Shown here piece by piece: positions 1 through 6,932 of a stretch of DNA of 8,268 nucleotides (positions are counted from its first letter, which is position 1; the number at the start of each line of letters is the position of its first letter). The notes beneath the pieces are model-generated. The model had not been told where the DNA came from. It worked only from the letters and a program-made list of their open reading frames with translations, and ran no database searches. Where the stretch lies: the NCBI RefSeq assembly GCF_006345805.1, contig NW_021828456.1, positions 1 through 8,268 of the forward strand, written 5' to 3'. The stretch is from Octopus sinensis (taxonomy: Eukaryota). A program made the translations under genes and the position numbers.

Positions 1-538
1 GGTGTCCATTTGAAAGCTGTTTCAGAATGGCGTGGTTCTGGTAACCAATATATGTGACCTACTATTTTAGATGGATGTAAATAGTGATGCAAAGCAGACA
101 CAGTCGACGTGGCCGTAAATAGGTGCAGTGGGAGTCAGCAATCTATTGCTACGTTCTGTTTTATTAGCTGACAATAGGTGGCGTAAGATGGTAATGTTTA
201 CTGCTACACTAAGTACAATACAGAGACTGTTCACTGCAATAGCGAAACGAAACGGTTAATGATAAAGTACAACCATGGCATTTTCCGATCAAGCAAACTA
301 CAGGAACGTAAACAAACCAAAAACGGTTGTAAAGGGTCAGACATACACACATCCATCCAACCGTGTGTGTGGTGTTCATGCCTAGCGATGACAATGGCAT
401 GAAACGTGAGATGCGAGAAAAGGAATCCAGCTGACATCGATGAAGTTCGCATTCGAAAACTATTTGAGTTTTCTCATTTTTATTTGTACGACAAAAGCAA
501 ATAGCAGTTTGAATGCACAATACATAACTACGCGTGTT

Positions 539-645
539 CACACACATACACACACACACACATTCATATTCAAACATATATACACACATATATGCATGTA
601 CATATATACATACATACGTAGTACGTACGTACACACATCCATACG
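539..645. repeat. Compound (CA)n/(TA)n/(TACA)n microsatellite
   Basis: Runs such as cacacatacacacacacacaca, catatatacacacatatatgcatgtacatatatacatacatacg. These account for ORFs 209..634 and 440..655. Confidence 0.9.
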
Positions 646-1023
646 TAAGAAATAAATCTGTTATTTAGCTTGTCTCTATAAATTGCTACTAAACCACAGT
701 TAAAGATAACATTGTAAAATAGGGCCAACATTTTAGACTAGCCCTTATCTGAAGGCCCGCCTGCCCTTGGTGGGTGGAAGCGAAGGAAGGTGACGATTGG
801 TGAGAAAGGGTTGCTGAAGGTAGGAGGCTTCTGTTTGTCAGAGATGTGTGCCATAAATAGTAGTTCTCCTTATTTATTCCCAGACAAATGAGGTGAAAAG
901 GGGTCAACATTAGTTAACGCCGTCTTGAAATATATTGTCGTGGGTGTCTGTTTTTGTGTGTGGCGGGGGAGGGTGAGCTTTGTTCATTCGAAAAGTGCTG
1001 TTTGAAGGACTTCTGCTAATAGC

Positions 1024-1025
1024 GT

Positions 1026-1057
<32 letters not shown>

Positions 1058-1347
1058 ATGTAGCTGCTGATGCTGATGCTGATGCTACTACTACTACTGC
1101 TGCTACTACAACTACTGCCCCCTCCTCTCCTCCTTCTCCTCCTACTGCTACTACTACTGCCTCTCCTCCTCATGCCACTACTCTGCCCCTGCCTCTCCTC
1201 CTCATACCACTACTCTACTCCTTCCCCTCCTCCTCCTCTTCCTACTACTACTACTGCCTTCGTTCTCCTCCTCTGCCTACTACTACTGCCCTTCGTCCTC
1301 CTACTACTACTACTACTCGTAGATGTAGTAGTAGTAGTAGTAGTAGC
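1024..1347. repeat. Compound trinucleotide microsatellite (CTA/CTG/CTC/CCT)n ending in an inverted (TAG)n run
   Basis: Directly visible. The poly-Leu, poly-Ser/Arg and poly-Thr ORFs (910..1173, 1070..1357, 1210..1401) are translations of it. Confidence 0.95.
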
Positions 1348-1834
1348 AATTGATTGAACAGCTTCAAGAGATGCGCCAGATGTCACGGTGTGAGTCTCCA
1401 CCTGCTAAAAATAGCAGCCAAACGTCCCTCAAATTACATTCTGCAGGCTTCAAAATTGAAGACACTACACTGTGTCTGAAAGAAAGATGAAATGATCACG
1501 GCCAGAATGTATTTGATTATAAGTCTGTTCTATCAGTACTAACCTTGGGCTAAATAACATCAACAAAAATTTCAGCAATTAAATCTCCCTTTATTACTGA
1601 TACATCAGCTAATGCATTTAGTGGTATTCTAATTTCGATAATCTGGTAGGATGGTCACGGTTGGTGTTGGTTTAAACTAAAACAGCAACCAACGAGGGAA
1701 AATGAAAATTGATATGGATTCATGTGTATAGTGTATGGCAACTGCAAGATGCAGTGTATAGTTTGCTGCCTTTGCAAACCGGAATGCACCGGTTGATCTT
1801 CCACGTTGAAACGCAGTATAACATGGAAAGGAGT

Positions 1835-1900
1835 CAACGGTTCCCAGCTGCGGAATTCCGATCCGCATGCGGCCCTCAAGCGTTCTTCCAGTGGCCCTCT
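1835..1900 (+). mobile_element. Possible degenerate terminus of a hAT (Charlie-like) DNA transposon or MITE
   Basis: CAACGGTTCCCAGCTGCGG...CCGCATGCGGCCCTCAAG...TGGCCCTC resembles hAT ends of the form CAGTGGTTCCCAACCTGCGGCCCGCGGGCCGCATGCGGCCC (recalled). I found no partner TIR and no 8-bp TSD. Confidence 0.3.
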
Positions 1901-1923
1901 GCGAGCTTGCCCCTACAAATATA

Positions 1924-2152
1924 CTCTCTTTTACTCTCTTTTATTTGTTTCAGTCATTTGACTGTGGCCATGCTGAAGCACCGCCTTTTGTCGAGCAAAT
2001 CGACCCCAGGACTTATTCTTTGTAAGCCTAGTACTTATTCTACCGGTCGCTTTTGCCGAACTGCTAAGTTACGGGGACGTAAATACATCACCATCGGATC
2101 TCAAGCGATGTTGGGGGGACAAACACAAACATACAAACATATACACAGGCAT

Positions 2153-2233
<81 letters not shown>

Positions 2234-2400
2234 TATAATATATACGACAGGCTTTTTTCAGTTTCTGTCTACCAAATCCACTCACAAGGCTTTGGTTGGC
2301 CCGAGACTACAGTAGAAGACACTTGCCTAAGGTGCCACGCAATGGGAATGAACCCGCAACTATGTGGTTGGTAAGCAAGCAACTTACCACACAGCCATTC
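1924..2400 (-). mobile_element. tRNA-derived SINE, family B, near full length
   Basis: On the minus strand: A-box-like TGGCTGTGTGG (2387-2397), B-box-like GGTTCATTCCC (2344-2354), CORE-like segment CCTTAGGCAAGTGTCTT (within 2313-2339), and an internal (TA)n(TG)n. The 3' end has hairpin CAGTC-AAAT-GACTG and short tandem AAAAGAGAGT repeats. It is colinear with the + copy at 6348-6715 and the tail at 6039-6083. Confidence 0.9.
2157..2231. repeat. (CA)n(TA)n microsatellite inside SINE B
   Basis: A pure CA run followed by a pure TA run. The matching position in the 6348-6715 copy is a (TG)-rich tract at about 6470-6530. Confidence 0.95.
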
Positions 2401-2859
2401 AAATTTTTCTTTAATTTACTTGTGTTTTACTTTTACGTTAGGGTGCTGCACCCCTAAAAACATCCAGGTTTTAGATCTGACCCGGATATTAAAAAGCTTG
2501 AGAATCACTGCTTCTAAGTTGCATTATACATGGCCCTATGTGTCACAAATCTATGGCATTAAAACTTATCTGGAGTAAATGAAAGGAAAGTACTTGATCT
2601 CTTCTGGATTCGAAATAAGAACCTGGATATCATGAGTTATTTTATTCGAAGCTCCATGACACACCACAAAATGTACGCCATAAATCATCGCTAATATTGC
2701 TTACTACATTTTAGTTCTTAGTGACTTTATTTTAACTAATTTAACATTTAACAAAGATAAAACAGTAATTATCTAATATACATAAATCAAGATTAGACAG
2801 CACATTGTTACCGGCACCTGATATAGTGTAAACAATTCTATTGAAATTTCACTAACAAA

Positions 2860-3420
2860 TGAAAGCGCCACCTGTACTGACTGTTGTGAGGTATTGATTG
2901 ATTAATAACGCAGTCACTAAAGCTGCAAACGAAGTAGATATTGTTGAACGAATAAGCTTCGCTATACACGTGGAACTTATTATGTGGACCGCGTAGGAAT
3001 ACATGACGAAGTCGAGACCGCTGACATCACTAAATAGACCAGCACTTTAAACTTTTCTGTCATCTGCCATCATTTGTTGTATGGAATTTTTAGTTGTAAT
3101 GTTTTAGCTTATGGTTGGCTGTGACTGTTGACGGCTTTCACTTGAAAAATGCACCCGGGGGATGTGAGAAACGGGTACGAGACGACGCTGTAGCGCAGCT
3201 GTTTTCACGCCGCTTACTTCGCGTCGTTCATTCGATGCTGACTTATTTGACATAAGACGTTTTAATGTTTCACTCGTTCGTTCTCTCTCTTTCTCCATCT
3301 ACATCTGTGCGCGCGCGTATGCGTGTGCTTCCGTGCGCGCGCGTGTGTACGCGTGCGCGTGCGTGTGTATATGTGAAAGAGACCATATTTCTCTACTTGT
3401 ATGAAGTCAATCACGTCCAA
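2860..3420. promoter_or_regulatory. CpG-rich unique segment, candidate promoter or enhancer
   Basis: Non-repetitive up to about 3280 and locally CpG-dense (9 CpG in 3181-3240). E-boxes CACCTG 2869-2874, CACGTG 2967-2972 and CAGCTG 3196-3201, plus an Inr-like TCATTC near 3228. Function is inferred only. Confidence 0.35.
3306..3375. repeat. CG-rich alternating purine-pyrimidine tract (Z-DNA prone)
   Basis: Perfect Y/R alternation over 44 nt (3332-3375) with (CG)4 runs, and a second tract at 3306-3328. Confidence 0.85.
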
Positions 3421-3434
3421 TTATTAAATCGTAA

Positions 3435-3495
3435 TCTCTCTCTTCTCTCTCTTCTCTCTCTTCTCTCTCTTCTCTCTCTCCTCTCCTCTCCTCTC

Positions 3496-3528
<33 letters not shown>
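3435..3528. repeat. 94-nt pure polypyrimidine tract, (TCTTCTCTC)n/(CTCTC)n/(CT)n
   Basis: Only C and T from 3435 to 3528. Confidence 0.95.
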
Positions 3529-3799
3529 ATCTGTATGCGTATATTTCTGTGCGCGCGTGTGTTGCTCGTGTTTGCGTCCAGTACCAAAAAACACTGTCGT
3601 TAAAATAGGCCGAATAGCCAATTTGCAATGTCAGCGCCCAGCCGTCTCATCCCGGATTAAAGATATAAACTCCACGTCAGCACAATGTTCCTTTTGTAAA
3701 AAATTTAAGATATCAATATTTGTTTACAAGGGAGGTGATAACTGGTGCTCCACTATGTAAAAGAACATTCTAGAAAGCTATTTCAAACACGCATAACCC

Positions 3800-3945
3800 G
3801 TTCTGCTATGGACACAAGGTCTGGAATTTGAAGGGAGGAAACTTATCGATTACATTGATCTCACTGCTCAATTGGTACTTATTTTATCGATCCCGAAAGG
3901 ATGAAAGGCAAAGTCGAAATCGATGGAATTTAAGCCCACATAATA
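3800..3945 (-). mobile_element. SINE family A, diverged copy lacking its head
   Basis: ggtacttattttatcgatcccgaaaggatgaaaggcaaagtcga...ggaattt is the reverse complement of the core at 5790-5845. The left end (gacacaaggtctggaatttg) matches the tail at 5885-5910 and 7944-7979. Confidence 0.85.
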
Positions 3946-3964
3946 AAGTATGAAGACAATTCAC

Positions 3965-4205
3965 CAGACGAGTGAGCCACTTGCCACCTAAAACTCCTCA
4001 ACATCCTCCCCACCACAAAGTAATGTCCCCTCCTTCTCACTCTTCAACTTCTACTGCAGTGGCTTCCGCTCCATTGAACTTACTTTCTGAAAGCTATCAC
4101 TTCCTTAAACCTTAAATTCTCCTTGCCGCCAATGAAGAAATATACACGTTTACGAGCCAAGAAATATCTATCTACATTTCTACTGGTCTCTATGCATCTA
4201 TACTT
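3965..4205 (+). mobile_element. Decayed non-LTR retrotransposon (CR1/L2-group-like) ORF2 C-terminal relic
   Basis: 3996-4016 translates PQHPPHH. After a frameshift, 4016-4087 translates QSNVPSFSLFNFYCSGFRSIELTF. Together these resemble the post-RT motif LQPLSHRRNVASLSLFYRYxxGxCSSEL that I recall from invertebrate CR1-group LINEs. A downstream frame (SLPPMKKYTRL...HLY) is weakly compatible. Stops and frameshifts are present. Confidence 0.55.
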
Positions 4206-4208
4206 ATC

Positions 4209-4234
4209 TGTGTGTGTGTGTGTGTGTGTGTGTG
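4209..4234. repeat. (TG)13 microsatellite
   Basis: Directly visible. Confidence 0.95.
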
Positions 4235-4413
4235 TTGAATAAAATCAGAATGAATTTCACATACTGTTCATAATTTAATTACGATCAACAGCTGTTTCAT
4301 TAGGAATCAACATCATTAATTATAACGTGTTATAATTTTACGGTCTAATACCAAGTGAGCTCTTGATTACCGTGCATATATTTTTTGATATTTCCACATC
4401 TTTTCTCTTTCTT

Positions 4414-4417
<4 letters not shown>

Positions 4418-4451
<34 letters not shown>
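4418..4451. repeat. (TG)17 microsatellite
   Basis: Directly visible. Confidence 0.95.
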
Positions 4452-4453
<2 letters not shown>

Positions 4454-5029
4454 CTTTCATGTTACTAAAAATAACTGTCGAACACATAAGCTATGACCAA
4501 AGACATTCCAATTAGGACTATCCTGTCTTTAGACGTACCATATTTGGACCTTCAGTATGATGCTCCCTCCCTTTTTTCCTGATGGTAGAGTGTGTGTGAT
4601 TTGATTTGATGCAGGCTTTAGCTGCTATTACTAATAAATCACACCCTTTCATATGAAAAATATAATGGAAGGTAAGACGCTTTAGACAATCTAGCCCTTG
4701 GTAACGAATAGCACATATTTTTTTATCATGGGCCAATTGCATTCTGACTGACACCGGATTAAACAACAATTTTTCCTTAGCCTGAATTTTGTGTAGAATT
4801 TGATTCTATTGCAGAAACTGCGATTTTGTGACTGAATTTTTTCTTTCGCAAATGTCGCAAGGTGGCGGCGGAGGAGAGGTGAAGTGTGACTCTAGATGAC
4901 TCCAGGTGAAATTCACTCGAAAAGGCTTCAGCGTTGATCTCGATGCAAACAAAAGTATTGAATAACAAACATACGGGGAATTAACGGTGATTGTAAAACG
5001 AGAGGGTAAATAACTCGAGGGGAAAATGC

Positions 5030-5522
5030 ACGGAAAAGGAGAGAGAGCGCAAGAGAGAGACTGATAGACAGACATGGACACAGAGAATGAGAATGGGTGA
5101 GAGATATACATTGAGAGAGAGAGAGAGAGAGAAATAGAAGGGGAGATGTGAGGAGGAGGAGAAAGATTAGGGTGAGAAATAGCTTCATGCAGTGTAATTG
5201 TAAATATTTACTGTAAAGGTTTAAGAAGAGGATGAACGAGATAAATTGATAGAGACAACGAGGGAGACACAGAGAGAGAAAGGAGGAAAGAGAAAGAGAA
5301 AGAGAGAGAGAGAGCAAGAGAGATAATGTTGAGGCGTAAATAGAGGAGAGGAGTCGTAAGAATGAGCAGGGGCTGTTTATTAAGATAACGGAGAGATAAG
5401 TGATTTCCGAGAAGAGTTTGTCAAGGTAACAGAGAAGAGGTAGAAGCGATGATGGAAGGAGCAAGAGGAAGTGTTTGTCAAGTAAGGGAGAGAGAGAGAT
5501 GGAGGTGAAGAAAGAGGGAGGT
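5030..5522. repeat. Long degenerate purine-rich (GA/GGA/GAAA) low-complexity tract
   Basis: Strong A+G bias on + with (GA)n runs near 5112-5132, 5300-5313 and 5487-5498. This explains the Leu/Ser/Phe-rich ORF 4928..5464. Confidence 0.85.
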
Positions 5523-5539
5523 CATCGATATGACAGAAA

Positions 5540-5922
5540 GGCAGACGTTAGCGCGCCGGGCTAAATGCTTTGCGGTATTTCGTCTGCTGCTACGTTCTGA
5601 GTTCAAATTCCGCCGAGGTCGACTTTGCCTTTAATCATTTCGAGGTTGATAAATTAAGTACCAGTTACGCACTGGGGTCGATATAATCGACTTAATCCGT
5701 CTGTCTGTCCTTTTTGTCCTCTCTGTGTTTAGCCCCTTGTGGGTAGTAAAGAATAGGTATTTCGTCTGCCGCTACGTTCTGAGTTCAAATTCCGCCGAGG
5801 TTGACTTTGCCTTTCATCCTTTCGGGGTCGATTAAATAAGTACCAGTTACGCACTGGAGTCGATCTAATCGACTGGCCCCCTCCCACAAAATTTTGGGCA
5901 TTGTGCCTAGAGTAGGAAAGAA
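5540..5922 (+). mobile_element. tRNA-derived SINE family A, dimeric (two cores with different 3' segments)
   Basis: B-box GTTCAAATTCC at 5601-5611 and 5783-5793. A 119-bp core is repeated at 5574-5692 and 5756-5874 (offset 182; 10 mismatches by my alignment). Only the first unit retains the head (cgttagcgcgccggg...). Confidence 0.92.
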
Positions 5923-6038
5923 AAGCAGACGTTATTTCACTCCAAATTTTTATCTGATCAAGCAGAACTATGACATGACCAAACAAGTTCCAACAATGAC
6001 CATTCCATTTTTAGACCTTCAATATGATCCTAACCATT

Positions 6039-6083
6039 GGTGCTCCAGCATGGCCGCAATCAAATGACTGACACAAGTAAAAT
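6039..6083 (+). mobile_element. Isolated 3' tail of SINE family B (or of its partner LINE)
   Basis: GGTGCTCCAGCATGGCCGCAATCAAATGACTGACACAAGTAAAA closely matches the reverse complement of about 1940-1984. Confidence 0.85.
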
Positions 6084-6347
6084 AATTTTTAAAATATGTA
6101 TATATACGTGTGCGTTTGTGTGTGTGTGTGAACAAAATGGCGATGAAAGTATACAAGTGAATTGTAATGATTGAAATCTTCATATGGATGGACCAAATTA
6201 GCATTTTATTTCAAGGTCAAACTATTGCAAGCAATCGACAAAGGTGAGATGTTCATCACATTGTTAAATGAAGTAGTCAGGTGACAAGCTGATATTTATT
6301 ATAAGAAATAAATTCTCCAGACAATCAAAGGTTTGTTCCAACATTTG

Positions 6348-6715
6348 TTATGTGGTAAGAAGTTTATTTTCCAACCATATGGTTCCGGGTTCAGTCTCAC
6401 TGTTATAGCCTCGGGCCGATCAAAACCTTCAGAGTGGATTTCGTAGACAAAAACTGAAAGAAGCCCATCGTGTGTGTGTGTGGGTGTGTGTGTATGTGCA
6501 TGTGAGTACGCGTGTATGTGTGTGTGTATTTGTCCCCCCACCATCGCTCGACATCCGGTGTTGGTGTGTTTACGTCCCCGTAGGTTTGTTGTTCGGCCAA
6601 GGTCACCGATAGAATATGTAACGGGCTTTAAGAAAATAAGTGCTGGAATCGATTCATTCAACCACAGATTCTTTAAGACGATGCCCCAGAATGACCGCAG
6701 TCTCATGGAACAGAA
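6348..6715 (+). mobile_element. SINE family B, older copy with an internal deletion
   Basis: tgtggtaag...ggttccgggttcagtctc (B box), tagcctcgggccga...gagtggatttcgtagac...aactgaaagaagccc, TG tract, tttgtccccccaccatcgc...tttacgtccccgta. Colinear with the reverse complement of 1924-2400 but lacking about 27 nt (the CORE-like segment). Confidence 0.88.
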
Positions 6716-6874
6716 GAAGGGGCTGAATCAGCAAATTTTTGTATATCATGTCATGATACACACATATATATATACATTCGCTTCCGGGAGAACCACGGTG
6801 TACTCAACTACTTGTGCGTTAATTTCATGGGATCAACGGGAACTTTTGTTGTCGTAACCAACTGAGAATCGTTA

Positions 6875-6893
6875 CATATGTGCGTGCGTGCAT

Positions 6894-6932
<39 letters not shown>

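Noticed and set aside
209-1401. ORFs 209..634, 440..655, 910..1173, 1070..1357, 1210..1401
   Set aside because: They are held open largely by CA/TA and CTA/CTC repeats, give homopolymeric or alternating peptides, and show no recognisable domain.
1598-1650. Minus-strand TAAATGCATTAG resembling the 5' end of miR-277
   Set aside because: The 3' half diverges and the flanks do not form a pre-miRNA hairpin. At most it is a chance seed-match site on +.
1709-2374. Longest ORF (221 aa)
   Set aside because: It runs antisense through SINE B and its CA/TA microsatellite, so it is not a real CDS.
2440-2455. GGGTGC-T-GCACCC palindrome, reminiscent of small MITE cores
   Set aside because: Too short, with no flanking TIR or TSD.
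2878-2916. TGAGGTA (let-7-like start) inside a TGACTG...CAGTCA inverted repeat
   Set aside because: It differs from let-7 from position 8 onward, and the stem is only 6-7 bp.
3104-3298. 64-aa minus-strand ORF in the CpG-rich region
   Set aside because: It starts within a CT repeat and has no recognisable homology or splice support.
4615-4671. 57-nt candidate exon (TGCAG acceptor, AAG/GTAAGA donor)
   Set aside because: It has stops in all three frames and a weak polypyrimidine tract. It cannot be supported without RNA data.
4928-5464. 178-aa hydrophobic ORF resembling a membrane protein
   Set aside because: The Leu/Ser/Phe richness follows directly from the CT-rich strand of a low-complexity tract.
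5574-5874. Direct repeats with GTCGA/TCGAC palindromes, as a possible CRISPR array or tRNA genes
   Set aside because: There are only two 119-bp units in a eukaryotic context. They have a B box but no cloverleaf, which fits SINE cores.
6299-6857. ORFs 6299..6706, 6403..6606, 6474..6857
   Set aside because: They lie within SINE B and its TG tract, and resemble the 1709..2374 ORF only because both are copies of the same repeat.
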